Positions 14,790 to 28,534 of a stretch of 64,000 bases of DNA are shown piece by piece (position 1 is the first letter of the stretch; every line of letters begins with the position of its first letter). This DNA is from Octopus vulgaris. Lineage: Eukaryota. Below the pieces are notes generated by a model. The model was not told where the DNA came from. It saw only the letters and a program-made list of their open reading frames with translations, and made no database searches. Position numbers and translations under genes: made by a program. The DNA lies in assembly GCA_951406725.2 (NCBI GenBank), contig OX597827.1, forward strand, positions 45,632,001 to 45,696,000, given 5' to 3'.

Positions 14790-15110
14790 CTGTTAGCCAC
14801 TGAGATCCTATTGGGCAAACCGGTCACAACGCTTGTGCCATTACGCTGGAGCTACGCTCATGAAACTCAAAGACAGAAAAGAGTTCTTGAAGAAAGTAAG
14901 ATACAAATGAAAACTGCATATGACCAGCACGCAAAGATGGAATTGCCTCCGTTGCACAAAGGACAAGCTGTATGAGACCTTGATAAAAACAACAAATGTT
15001 GGATATCTGGAGAAAAAGCAAGATAATGTAAAGAACTGAGGTCTTACATCGTGAAAACAACACATGGAGATTTGCGGAGAAACAGAAGGGGACTGAGAGA
15101 TACTGGCATA
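14790..15110 (+). mobile_element. Ty3/Gypsy LTR-retrotransposon integrase C-terminal remnant
   Basis: EILLGKPVTTLVP...MKTAYDQHAK.ELPPLHKGQAV...RSYIVKTTHGDLRRNRR.LR across frameshifts; typical Gypsy integrase tail. Confidence 0.75.
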
Positions 15111-15993
15111 GGCATAGACAGACAGTATGGACATATGGAAACGCCTGCTAGATCGCCCAACAATATCGAAACGAAAAAACTGTCCAACAGACCCTACACA
15201 CTCCAAGAAACAGGTTACAAACTCTACAATCTTCATGGAGGATATTACTCAACTTGACTCAAGGAAAGAAATCACAAATGCTCCTTCTAATAACAAAGCA
15301 AAAAATAAAGACAAGATAATGGCCAGACGCATGAGACGTGCTCAACGCCAACCCTCAGAAAAATCACAAGAGCAAGCAGAACAGTGAAAACACCGGAGCG
15401 CTACAAAAACTTTGTACCGTAAAACTGTTTATGTTATTTGAAGAGCATGTTGCGTATTGCTCTTGCAACAAAACAGTCTTTCATTTTTTTCTTTCTTTGA
15501 GGAAGAAGAAACCCTGTTTTCATGCCAGTTTTATGAGTCTGTGAATTGCTTAAAGAAAGGTGGAGGGGTGAAATGAATCGAAACTAATTGTATTTAACAA
15601 TGTGAAACTAATTTCACATTGTTAAATACGATGTCGCGGATAAAAGGCGGGCAGCTCGGTGGCTGCGGGGACGGCAGTCGAATTGACAACCAGCCACTTT
15701 GCATCGCGCTATTGGAGTGCTTGTATGACACCATAGTACTACTTGTTAGTACCCTTAATTATTAATTGATAGTTTTTTTTACCGTTATGGGTTTTTTATG
15801 CATGCTAAAACACTGATATTATTATAAACAGTAATATCCTCATATTAAAATAATATGTGACAATTATAGCCAAGATAAAAGAGAGTTTTATCTTGGCTAT
15901 TGAATAATTGTGACATATCATTTTACAGATAAATTTCCACTATTTACATAATATTGAGATCTCTTTCTTTCTTTTGTTATCTTACCGTTTTTA

Positions 15994-16040
<47 letters not shown>

Positions 16041-16128
16041 CCATGTTACTCTATCTCTGGTATTCGAGTTCTATTTTTTCCACCTTGTTTCGCATTTATG
16101 TGCTTACTCTGGTATATATATATATACA

Positions 16129-16168
<40 letters not shown>

Positions 16169-16604
16169 TATACATATATGTATATATGTATATATATATA
16201 TATACATACATACATATATACACATATATATATAGATATAGATATATATAGATATAGATATATATAGACATAGATATATAGATATAGATATACATATATA
16301 TAAATGTATATGTGTGTGTGTGTGTGTGTAAGAATGTATATTTTTGAAGCTATTAAACCCGCGCACTGACGGCACACACGCACATAAACACACACACACA
16401 CGCACGTACACACGCACTTAGGGGAATAGCAGCGAGTTACTTCCCTTCCCTTTTTTTTTTAAACTGAAGCAATTTCTGTACGTAATGCCCGATGATGTGT
16501 TTGTATTTGTACTTGGAAGATAAAAAGTTGTATTGAATTATTTCGCTTGATTAACTCATTTCAACGGCAATTGTGTATGTCTTTCCCGTATCAATGAACC
16601 AGGA

Positions 16605-16651
<47 letters not shown>

Positions 16652-16977
16652 ATGTATGTATGTGTGTTTGTGTGTGTGCATACATATGCGTGTGTATGTG
16701 TACGTGTGTGTGTGAGTTGCATGTGTTTGTGTGTGCTATCGGCGTATGCATCTAGGTGTGCGTGTGTGTTGCGAACACGTGTGTAAGCATGAGGGTGCGT
16801 GTGTGATGATGTTTGTACACAAGATTGTGTGCGTATGCGTACGAGTGTAGGTATGCTTGTAAACGCCATGCAAACCGATATAAATGTGTGTGTGTGTAAG
16901 TGCATGTCTGTTTGTGTGTGAGTGAGTGTGTATGTGTGTGTGTTCAAATATACATACGTACATACATACATATATAT

Positions 16978-17310
16978 GGTCCCGGGGTCAGTCCCACTGC
17001 ATGACACCTTGGGCAAGTTTCTTCTACTATAGCCTAAGGCCGACCAAAGCCTTGTGAACGGATTTGGTAGAAGGAAACTGGAAGAAGCCCGTCGTATATA
17101 TATATATGTGTATGTGTGTGTGTGTATGTGTGTATGTGTGTGTGTGTATTTGTCCTCCCACCATCACTTGACAACCGATGCTGGTGTGTTTACGTCTCCG
17201 TAACTTAGCGGTTCTGCAAAAGAGACCGATAGTCCTGGGGTTGATTTGTTCGACTAAAGGCGGTGCTCCAGCATGGCCGCAGTCAAATGCTTGGAACAAA
17301 TAAAAGAATA
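16978..17310 (+). mobile_element. SINE family A, 5' truncated
   Basis: Matches the 18361 copy. Confidence 0.85.
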
Positions 17311-17902
17311 AATATACACACACATGCATATATACATGTATATAGACATATTTTTATATATATTATACATAAAAGCATGTTATTTTATAATATTTATATA
17401 TATATATATATATATACACGCACGCACACATACACACACACAAACACACATACGCACACACATACACAAACACACACACTCACACACATACACGCATACA
17501 CACGTTCACGTATAGGTCTATCGAAGAAAACATGGCATACAAATGCGTAAAGGCGGTCACTAGTTGGTGTTTGGCAGGCGATGCAGCGAGTGGAGCGTAT
17601 CGATGCAGCAAGTGGTGTCCGTTGATGCAGCAACAAGTATTGGAATGTGTGTCTGGTGTCGCTGCAGTGTAGATTCGATTCAATTGATGAGCTTCGGGAA
17701 TGGCTGGTGAGAGTGGGGTGGGAAGAGAAACGTCCGGAGTTGATGAAGTGTATTTGGAGGTTTGCTGCTTTTGATGAAGTGCAGTTATAGCGGGAGGTAT
17801 AGATGCGTAACGTGCCTTTGTCCGCATATATACATATATATATATATATATACATACATACATACATACATATGTGTGTGTATGTATTCATGTGTGTATG
17901 TG

Positions 17903-18262
17903 TGGAGGCGCAATGGCCCACTTGTTTGACCAGTGGACTCGCGGTCGTGTGATCGCGGTTTCGATTCCCAGACCGGGCGTTGTTAGTGTTTATTGAGAGA
18001 AAACACCTAAAACTCCACGACGTTCCGGCAGTGGGTGGGGAACCCTGCTGTACTCTATCACATTTTTCTCCAACTCTTCTGTACATGTATTTCAAAGGGC
18101 CAGCCTTGTCACACTCTGTGTCACGCTGAATCTCACCGAGAACTACGTCAAGGGCACACGTTTTCTGTGGAGTGCTCAGACACATGCACGTTAATTTCAC
18201 GAGCAGGCTGTTCCGTTGATGGAATCAACTGGAACGCTCGTCGTCGTAACTGACGGAGTGCC
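17903..18262 (+). mobile_element. SINE family C (tRNA-like head GGAGGCGCAATGGCC...GGTTTCGATTCC)
   Basis: Colinear with the full copy at 35612. Confidence 0.9.
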
Positions 18263-18283
18263 ACGATATACATATATACATAT

Positions 18284-18360
<77 letters not shown>

Positions 18361-18362
<2 letters not shown>

Positions 18363-18768
18363 GGAGTGGCTGTGTGGTAAGTAGCTTGCTTACCAACCAC
18401 ATGGTTCCGGGTTCAGTCCCACTGCGTGGCACCTTGGGCAAGTGTCTCTTCTACTATAGCCTCGGGTCGACCACAGCCTTGTGGGTGGATTTGGTAGACG
18501 GAAACTGAAAGAATCCCGTCGTATATATGTATATATATATATATGCGTGTGTGTGTGTTTGTGAGTATGTGTTTGTCCCCCTAGCATTGCTTGACAACCG
18601 ATGCTGGTGTGTTTATGTCCCCGTCACTTAGCGGTTCGGCAAAAGAGACCGATAGAATAAGTACTGGGCTTACAAAGAATAAGTCCCGGGGTCGAATTGC
18701 TCGATTAAAGGCGGTGCTCCAGCATGGCCGCAGTCAAATGACTGAAACAAGTAAAAGAGTAAAAGAGT
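18361..18768 (+). mobile_element. SINE family A, full length
   Basis: A/B-box head, CORE-like ACCTTGGGCAAGTG, internal (TA/TG)n, (GTAAAAGA)n tail. Confidence 0.93.
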
Positions 18769-19165
18769 ATATATATATAAGCAATAATAAATTTCTGAAC
18801 GAGGTATATATGTATAGGATATATGTATTTGCATTGGGACCCCTTCGCATCGAAGACCGGTGATTGTCGTGCGCTGACAACGGGCAAATACCCAGAAACC
18901 CGGGTCCGTGGTATCATGTCAAGTCGACGATGGGAAGGATGGCTTCATTTGCAAAAACTGATAGGGCACAGAAAGTGTGTCAATAGCTAGCTGGAGAAGA
19001 TGTTCTCCTGGGGCTACAAGCTACAGTAGCATCCGCCCTTAGTAGTTAGCCATATTTAAGTGGCAGGTATACTTCACACACACACATATATATATACACA
19101 CATAATGTGTGTATATGCATGTGTCCCTGTACACATACATACATACATATATACATATATATATT

Positions 19166-19249
<84 letters not shown>

Positions 19250-19250
19250 C

Positions 19251-19300
<50 letters not shown>

Positions 19301-19309
19301 AACTAAAGT

Positions 19310-19359
19310 TGCAATTTTAAAGATGTTTATTCACTTGAATAAACATCTTTAAAATTGCA
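19310..19359. repeat. Perfect 24-bp-arm hairpin
   Basis: tgcaattttaaagatgtttattca-ct-tgaataaacatctttaaaattgca. Confidence 0.9.
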
Positions 19360-20304
19360 TTTTCAGACCTTCTTTCGTACACATACACACACACACACAC
19401 ACACAAATACATACGCACATATATACATAAATTTGTATATATAATATATATGTATATGTATGTGTGTTAATATTTTATCTTTTATTGGTTTCGGTCATTA
19501 GATTGCGGCCATGCTGGGCCACCACTTTCAATAATTTTTGTCGGATGAATCAACCGCATTTTTTCTTTTTAATTTGGGAGATTATGATGTCAGTGGAATT
19601 TGACTGCTATTTTAAGTACATCAAATGACCGCGTAGAAGTTCCCTAAAAGGAGCTTATATGTGTGAGTGTACGTGTGGATGTACGTATGTGTGTACGTGT
19701 GTGTTTGCGTGTGTGCGTGTGTGCGTGTGTACATGCTTGTGTATGTATGTCTATGCGTACGCGTGTGTGCATGTGTATATGCCTGTGTGCATGTGAGTGT
19801 TTGTGTGTGTGTATGTGTGTGATTTGTACATGTGCAAGTCTGCGGTGCCTTTCAAACTACCATCCACCACCACCAAAACCACGACCACGACCACCACCAC
19901 CACAACCGCACAACAGGTAATGGAATGTCTATTTGGTGTCGCTGCAGTAGAATATTGAATCGATGGGATTCATGGTTTGTTGGAAGAGGAGGAGGAGGAG
20001 GAGGAGGAGGAGGAGGAGGTGGGGCACAAAATTAGTCAAGGTGTAGCGAGACGGGGAGGTCGTGGAGGTGGTAAGACTAATTTGAAAGGGATTCAGGTTT
20101 CAGGAATAGCTTACGTGGATAAGAAGGTCGGCCTGCGAGAATGTTGGTATTCGGATCGATCTTGTTGGTACGGTCACTTCTGGCAACTACTTATGATTGA
20201 CCAATGGAGATAGGTTTCAAGGGTCGAAATTTCTATTAACGTAAATGCTGTTCTATATTTAAGAGATGAGGAATTATGTACATTATTTACATTTGACAGA
20301 TATT

Positions 20305-20410
20305 TGTCCTCATCTTGTTTGTTGTTAACACAATGTTTCGGTTGATATACTCTCTACCCTTCATCAGGTGTCTTGGGGAAATTTCGAACCTGGGTTCTCT
20401 CATTTCTCGA

Positions 20411-20485
<75 letters not shown>

Positions 20486-20575
20486 GCCCGCGGGCATATG
20501 GCGTAGTGGTAAAGAGCGCAGGCTACTAACCCCAAGATTCCTAGTTCAGTGACCTGAATAATAATGATAATAATG

Positions 20576-20663
<88 letters not shown>

Positions 20664-20722
20664 TGATAATAATAATAATAATAATAATAATATTAATAAT
20701 AATAATAATAATAATAATAATG

Positions 20723-20783
<61 letters not shown>

Positions 20784-20797
20784 TAATAATAATAATG

Positions 20798-20854
<57 letters not shown>

Positions 20855-20966
20855 TCGAAAATAACCTTTGGAATGAGAACCCAGTTCGAAATTTCCCCAA
20901 GACACCTGATGAAGGCTGGAGGGTATATCAGCCAAACGTTGTGTTAACAACAAACAAGATGAGGTC
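20305..20966. mobile_element. Fold-back structure: ~105-bp inverted arms, each with a hammerhead-like motif, enclosing (TAT)n, a tRNA-like head and (AAT)n
   Basis: 20305-20411 is the reverse complement of ~20851-20966; motifs at 20327-20372 (-) and 20901-20945 (+). Confidence 0.75.
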
Positions 20967-21087
20967 AAACGTAAATGCTGCTGAAACTTGTCCGAATGAG
21001 CGTCCACCATCTTGGATTATATAACTTAATCCGTCTCATTTTACTTGCCTCTGACTGACTTTAATAAAACACATTCTGTTGCAGGGT

Positions 21088-23423
21088 TGCATTTCACCCC
21101 TTTCCTCAGGCTTTTAACGCCCCTCCTCGGAATTTTCGCCCCATCGGAATTTTCAACCCCCTCGGAATTTTCACCCCACTCCTCGGGCATTTCACGCACC
21201 TCCTCGGGCATTTCACACACCTCCTCGGACTTTTCACCCACCCGCTCCTCGGGATTTTACCCCCCTCCTCGGGATTTTCAATCCATTCTTCGGGCTGTTC
21301 ACCCCCACTCTTCGGGAGTTTCACCCCCTCCTCGAGCATTTCACCCCAACCTCGCCTACACGGGCATTTCACCTCACACCACACTCGGGCATTTCACCCA
21401 TCTTCTCGGGTTTTTCATCCTCTGCTCGGAGTATTCCACCACCTACTATTTTTCATATAATCCTCTGACATTTCCAAGCATCTCTCGGACATTTCCAACC
21501 CCATTTCGGAATTTTCCCCCACACCACGGAATTTTCCCTCTGGGCCTCGTGCTTTTCGCCCCTTCAGAAGTTTCCTACTTCTCAGAATTTTCATCCCGCT
21601 CGGAATTTTCTTCGCCACGGAATTTTTTGCCCCCTCGGAATTTTCTTCCCCACGGAATATTCGCCCCTTCGGAATTTTGGAACCTTCAGATTTTTCACAA
21701 TCTAGGAAATTTCACCCCTTCCTCGGACATTTCACACCGTCTTCGGGCATTTTACTCCATCGAGATTTTCACCCCCCCCTCGTGTGAAAATCCCAATGAG
21801 GAGGTTGAAATGCGCGAGGAAGGGGTGAAATGCTCGAGTTGGGGGATCAAAAGCCCGAGGAGGGAGGTAAAAATCTCGAGGAGAGGGGTGAAGTACTCGA
21901 GGAGAGGGTGAAATGCCCGAGGAGGGCGCGAAAATTCCGAGGAGTGAGAATTTCACCCCCTCCTCGGGCATTTCACCCCATCATCGGGATTTTCAGTCGT
22001 CTCCTCGGCCATTTCACACCCCTCCTAGGGATTCCCCCACCCTTCTTGGGATTTTCACCCCACTCCCCAGGCATATCCCTTCCTTCCTCGGGATTTTTAC
22101 ACCGCTCACCACGGAATTTTTGCCATCTCGGAATTTTGTTCCCCACGAAATTTTCGCCCCCTCGGAAATTTGGAATCCTCAGAATTTTCACCATCTCGGA
22201 AATTCCCCATCGGAATTTCCGCCTCCTCGGAATTTACACCAACGTGGAAATTTGGAACCCTCGGAATTTTCACCCTCCTTTGAATTTTCCCCACCTTGGT
22301 AATTTCGCCTCGTCAGAATTTTCACACCCGCTCGGAATTTTTGCTCCCTCTTAATTTATACCAACTTGGTAATTTTGCCCCCTCGGTATTTTGACTTCCT
22401 CGAAATTTTCACTCCATCGGAATTTCCGATCTCTCAGAATTTACACGAATTCGGAAATTTGGCCTCTTCGGAACTTCTGCCCTCAACCTCGAAAGTTTCG
22501 CTCCTCGCAATTTTGGACCCCTAGTAATTATCAGCAACTCGGAATTTTCCCCCTTAAATATTTTTGCCCCCTACGTATTTTCGCCCGGTAGGAAGTTGGA
22601 ATCCTCAGAATTTTCATTAACTCGCAATCTTCGCCTACTCAGAATTTACACCAACGTGGAAATTTGGCCCCATTGAAATTTCACCCCTTTGAGTTTTCGC
22701 TCCTTAATTTATATCAACTGGGTAATTTCGCCCCCTCGGAAATCCCCCCTAATTTTCGGTACCTCAGATTTTTTGTCTCCTTGGAATTTTAGCCGCTTCG
22801 GAATTTACACCAAGTCGGTAATTTCGATCACTCGGAATATTCGCCTTCTTGGAATTTTGCTAGCCTCGCAATTTTCGCTCCATCGGAAGTTCTGATCCCT
22901 CGGAAATTTGGCCCCCTCGTAATTTTCGCTCCTCGCAATTTGGGCCCTAGTAATTATCACCAACTCGGAGTTTTCGCCCCCTAAATATTTTTGCGGTCCT
23001 AGGTATTTTCGCCCCATAGGAATTTACGCGCCAACCGAATCTGCTGGCCTCGGTTATTTCATACCCCTCCTCGATCTTTTCACCCTTTCCTTCTTTCGCA
23101 CCCTCCCCTTTCACCCAGTCCACCTTTCACCCCCTCTTGTTTTCCACCTCCTCCCCTCTTGTATTTTACCCCTCCTCGGTCTTTTCACCTTCTCCTCTGG
23201 CATTTCACCCCTACTCGGGATTTTCACACCCCTCCTCCAGATTTTCAGCACCTTCTCGGTGTTTTCACCCTCCCCTCGAGCATTTCATCCCCACCTCTGG
23301 CATTTCACCCCCTCCACGGGCATTTCACCTTCCACCTCGCGCATTTCATCCTCCACTTCCGACATTTCACCCCTTCCTCGGTGTTTTCACCCCCTCCTCT
23401 GGATTTTCACTCCCTTCCCCGGG
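21088..23423. repeat. Diverged 17-21-bp satellite (GGAATTTTCRCCCCCTC / TTTCACCCCCTCCTCGGGCA) with inverted block ~21784-21948
   Basis: Continuous periodic motif; central block reads GAGGGGTGAAAT. Confidence 0.88.
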
Positions 23424-23439
23424 TTTATATTCTTTTATA

Positions 23440-23586
23440 TATTTCAGTCATTCGATTGCAACCTTGCTGGGGTACCGCTTCCAGTCGAGCAAATCTGCCC
23501 AGGTCTAATTCTTTGTAAGCCTAGTACTTATTGTATGGGAAACTTTTGCCGAACCGCTACTTACCACACAGCCACTCCTGCGCCTA
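23440..23586 (-). mobile_element. SINE family A, internally deleted
   Basis: Tail and head joined (GCCGAACCGCTAC-TTACCACACAGCCACTCC). Confidence 0.8.
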
Positions 23587-23601
23587 AATATTATACTTTT
23601 A

Positions 23602-24505
23602 TCTACTTTATTTAAAGAAATGGTGCTAATGCAGTTCTGCACCTCACCTTCAAAAAGGCATTTTTAAAAACATTTTTTCGGATTCCTAAGTTTTACTTGG
23701 ATATCGGAGATTACGAATATGTAAAAAAACAAAATGGTAAAGATAGTTCCATTGATTCGGAAATATGGAGTTATTATCACCACACACACACACACACACA
23801 CACATACACACACATACACACACATACACACACATACACACACATATATATATATATACACGCATGCATACACACACACATACACAAACATACATATATA
23901 CACATATATACACACACAAGTGCACACAAACATATACACACACATATATACACACACATATACACACACACATATATACATACATACACACACACAAAAG
24001 ATAACGAAAGAATACGGTACGGCTACGTTTTACTCAACAAAGACGGTGCAGTGTGGCTAGAGAGATTTGGTTGTTATTTCTAAAAGAACGGGTGCTACTG
24101 GAAAGGTTCCTTTGCGAACAAGTATTGACTCTCGTGTAAAAATTTTCCAAAAAATTTTCCCTGTAAAATTTGGGGTGGGGATGGAATTTCCCTGTGAAAT
24201 TTCCGAGGGTTCCACCCTACTCCATCCCACCCCGTCCCCGTTTTCGGGACAAAGAAAAAATGGGTTTTGTGGCATATTAGGAGCTCACCGTAATTCATTC
24301 AACGTAAAAAAATATTTCCAGAAGATCCGGTGCGGTGTTTCCCCAACCCCTTTTCCGGACCACCAAAATAAGAGACTTGTGGGAAAGTAGGGGGTCAGGG
24401 GAGTTGATTCGACGCGAAAAATCCGCTGTTTTTGGTGGGATGAAAAAGGTGGGGGTGGGTTGGTAAAAATTTACCTTAAATTGTATGTATATATATGTGT
24501 ATATA

Positions 24506-24560
<55 letters not shown>

Positions 24561-24934
24561 ATGTTTATATATATACACACACACACTATTGCCTCAGGCC
24601 GACCTCAGCATTGTAATTGGATTTCTTACACAGAAACTGAAAAAGGATTGTCGTATATATATGTGTATATTTGTGTGTGTGTGTGCGTGTCTGTGTTTGC
24701 TCCTCCACCGTCGCTTGACAACCGATGTCGCTGTGTTTACATACCCGTAACTTAGCGGTTCGACAAAACACACTGATACAATAAGCACTAGGCTTGCTAA
24801 AAATAAATCTTGGGTTCGATTCATTCCCTTAAAGGCGGTGCTCCAGCATGGCCGCAGTCACACGACTGAAACAAGTAAAGTAAAATAAAAACTATGCTAG
24901 TTTAATCCCGAGCAACGCCGGGTATCTCTGCTAG
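23602..24934 (+). mobile_element. Probable non-autonomous Helitron with nested SINE-A (~24595-24880)
   Basis: 3' end CCCGAGCAACGCCGGG hairpin + CTAG|T is clear; 5' A|TCTACTTTATTTAAAG start is tentative. Confidence 0.55.
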
Positions 24935-25000
24935 TATGTCTATATACGTGCACCCACAACACAATGCACACACATATAATATATATATCAATATATATTG

Positions 25001-25052
<52 letters not shown>

Positions 25053-25397
25053 ATTAATCTCTCTATTCAGCTGAGAAAAGACACCATCACGAAAAAGTAG
25101 TGACGGGATGTTGATGCAAGCAACAAGTATTGGAATGTCTCTCTGATGTCGCTACGGTGCAGAAACAACTTAATCGATGAGACTTATGGGTGGATGGTAG
25201 AGAGATGGGATGGATTAGCCAGGACGGGCTGAAAGAGTGGATTGTTATTTAGGATTAATCATAGATATGATAGTATTTAGAGAAATTCCTCTGTAAATAT
25301 ATAATTTTCCCCAAAAATCTGGTGCGGCGGGTTTTCACCCCGCCGCCACCCTTTTCCGAACCACCAAAATAAGAGATTTGTAGGAAAGTAGGAGGTC

Positions 25398-25481
<84 letters not shown>

Positions 25482-25666
25482 GACAAGAAATAATTATTGC
25501 CTCTTTTTATGGAGAAAAAGGGTTTTATGAAACGAACTATTTTAACATATTCTTATTTGAGGGGAGTAAAAACTTTTTTTTTTTTTGGTCGATTGATATA
25601 TTTTAAATTCGTTTGGGGATTTGGTTTGCAAGATTCTTTATATGAGTACGTGTGTTGAAGCATACT

Positions 25667-25903
25667 CTGTTGTGTCTGGGGAGAGTATTTTCTTTTTGTG
25701 CTTTATTATTTAACACACTCACCGGTAAAATTTCCACTTATTTTTTATTTTTATTTTCTAAAATTTTCGTTGCTCAAAACTATTGAAATGGTTGCAAGAC
25801 GCAACGAAAATTTTAGAAAATAAAAATAAGAAATAAGTGGAAATTTTACCGGTGAGTGTGTTAAATAATAAGGCACAAAAAAATGATCTCCCAGACACAA
25901 CAG
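25667..25903. repeat. Long inverted repeat (~105-bp arms)
   Basis: ctgttgtgtctggg...ttttcgttgc / gcaacgaaaa...cccagacacaacag; same family as 46690. Confidence 0.9.
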
Positions 25904-26199
25904 GATATATTTTTAAATATTTGAAAAATATTTAAAAAACTATTTTTTAAAGTTTTGTTGTGTCTGGGGAGAGTCATTTTCTTTTTGTGCCTTATAATTT
26001 AACACCGTTTTCTTAAAGTGTTTTAGTCGCCTGGCCCGCTTTAGTAATCCATTTTGATTATTTACTTTTTTAGTCGATTGTATATACCTTTTCTTGATAG
26101 GCCGTTCTATATATTTGTATCTTTATGAGCATATATATTTTTACCTTCTATGTTTATATATATATATATTCTTTTTATATGTTGATGGGCATGGTAATA

Positions 26200-26537
26200 T
26201 CTTTATATATAAAAGTGAGGTTGTGTGTTGTCTGTCTCCTACTCCCACATTTTGCGGTGCAGTTTAACCAAAACCGGGTATCTTATAGCCGTGATTCATA
26301 TCGAGCCCTTCTGGGTATTAGCGCGCGTCTACGATGAGTCTACGATTTAAAAAAAAATTTACCATCAATTTTTCTAATTTTTAATGCATTTTTGGCATAT
26401 ATAAGGGAAGTAACTCTCTAAAAATTTATTATTAAATGGTTAGCCATATTGAGATGGCTATTATACTTTACATCCCTAAAAATGCTTATATAGTTATTTC
26501 CCTTACAAACCTGAGCAACGCCGGGCGATACTGCTAG
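26200..26537 (+). mobile_element. Non-autonomous Helitron
   Basis: A|TC start (TCTTTATATATAAAAG), subterminal hairpin CCTGAGCAACGCCGGG, CTAG|T end, no TSD. Confidence 0.85.
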
Positions 26538-26632
26538 TTATTTATATATGATAAAATTTTATGGAAGCGTGGTGTTATATAAAGTCGTTGATTCGAATTT
26601 GGTGTTTGTTCTCTAATCAATAATCAATGTGC

Positions 26633-26696
<64 letters not shown>

Positions 26697-26697
26697 G

Positions 26698-26730
<33 letters not shown>

Positions 26731-26769
26731 GTATATGTATGTATGAATGTATTCTTTTTCTCTTTTTAT

Positions 26770-27162
26770 TATTTTTGCTTGTTTCAGTCATTTGATTGTG
26801 GCCATGCTGGAGCAAATCGACCCCAAGACTTATTCTTGTAAGCCTAGTAATTATTCTATCGGTCTCTTTTGCCGAACCGCTAAGCTACAGGTACATAAAC
26901 ACACCAGCATCGGTTGTGAAGCAATGGTGGCGGGGGGACAAACACAGACACACAAGCATTATACACTCACATACACATACATATATATTTATATACATAC
27001 GTCGGGCTTCTTTCAGTTTCCGTCTACCAAATCCACTCACAACACTTTGGTCGGTCCGAGGCTATAGTAGAAGACACATGTCCAAGGTGCCACGCAGTGG
27101 GACTGAACCTGGAACTATGTGGTTGGTAAGCAAACTATTTACCACACAGCCACACCTGCGCC
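26770..27162 (-). mobile_element. SINE family A, full length
   Basis: Colinear with the 18361 copy. Confidence 0.9.
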
Positions 27163-27164
27163 TA

Positions 27165-27261
<97 letters not shown>

Positions 27262-27306
27262 TTTCTCTTTTTTTCTGTGTTTTCTTGTTTGGATTAACTT
27301 TATATA

Positions 27307-27338
<32 letters not shown>

Positions 27339-27429
27339 TATTTTATTCTTTTACTTGTTTCACTCATTTGACTACAGCTATGCTGGAGCACTGCCTTTAT
27401 TCTTAGTAGGGTATCCAGTTCGATGCCCT

Positions 27430-27840
27430 GACAGTCCCACCAACCCACAGCACTAGATAAATACTTTATTTTATTCGCCCCAAAAAGAGTGAACGGTAAG
27501 GTCGTTCATGGCGGGTTTTGAACTCAGAACAAAGAGAACCAAAACTAATCCTGCAAGGTACTCTAATTCGGTGCTCTAAAAACCCGCACACCCACCACCC
27601 TGTACTAGAACTTTATTTTACTGACCCCAAAAAGGAGTAAACAGTAAGGTCGACGACCATAGCGGGATTTGAACCCAAAACAAAGAGAACCAAAATTAAT
27701 CCTGCAATGCACTTTTAAATTGGTACTCTACCCTAGACTAGTAGTCTATTTTATTGACTCCCAAAAACGAGTAAAGAGTAAGGGGATTGCGGCGCGATTT
27801 GAACTCACAGCGCAGAGAGCCGAAACGCGCTCTACGCGCC
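27430..27840 (-). mobile_element. Three tandem, old SINE-B-like fragments
   Basis: Repeated CCCCAAAAA.GAGT.AA..GTAAGG....GG..TTTGAAC.CA.AACAAAGAGAACC. Confidence 0.55.
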
Positions 27841-28534
27841 AACCATTAAATTATTATGCCTGCTGGTTTGGTGCCTTTTGTTGCAAAGCAACAAGTATTG
27901 GAATGTCTCTCTGATGTCGCTGAAGTAGGCTGAATCAATGAATCCGGAAGATGGTTAGTTAAGACTGGCGGGGGAGGAGGAGTAGGAGGGGTAGGCATAA
28001 ATCGGTCGAGGTAGGCTGGGGGTGGTGGGTTATTGATCAGTATTTAAAGTACAGAGGTGGTGGGAGGTAGAAGTGGTCGTGTGTTTGTGTATATCCGTCG
28101 GAGTGTGTGTGTCTGTATGTGTGTGTGTGGGGACAATCTTCCTGTATGTTTGTCAGTTTATTGTTGTTGTTATTGTTGTTGCTGTTCTCGTTGCGATTGC
28201 TGTTGTTGCTGTTGTTGTCGTTGTTGTTGTTACTGTTGTTCATGCTACTACTGTTTAGTCTCAAGACCGAGCAGATCTATGAAAAAAACGCATTCCATCC
28301 GTGAACATCCCATCTTTTTTCTCAGGAATACATTATCCGACGTGTCCTTCCTTTTTAACGCTCTGGGTTGTTATTTCTAGAAATTGGATCAACCTCATAG
28401 AAGCTCCCTCGTTGACTCATCACTTGTAGCCTGTGTGATGAGGTGGCGCTGGTGCTGTAGACAGAGTGACGCTGCTGGTATAAATGTTGGGCGCAAATTT
28501 GGTTTTTTTTTAAAGTTGATTTTGACTGCAGATC

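Noticed and set aside
20486-20555. Functional tRNA gene
   Set aside because: Only an A/B-box-like head; no closing acceptor stem; more likely a SINE head.
21045-22354. 288-aa and 174-aa ORFs, and a possible CRISPR-like array
   Set aside because: Stop-poor satellite; units are contiguous and degenerate with no unique spacers, and the DNA is eukaryotic.
28435-28455. GAGGTGGCGCT as another motif copy
   Set aside because: CTCF-like half-site only; lacks GGAATG and YTGD, so not counted.
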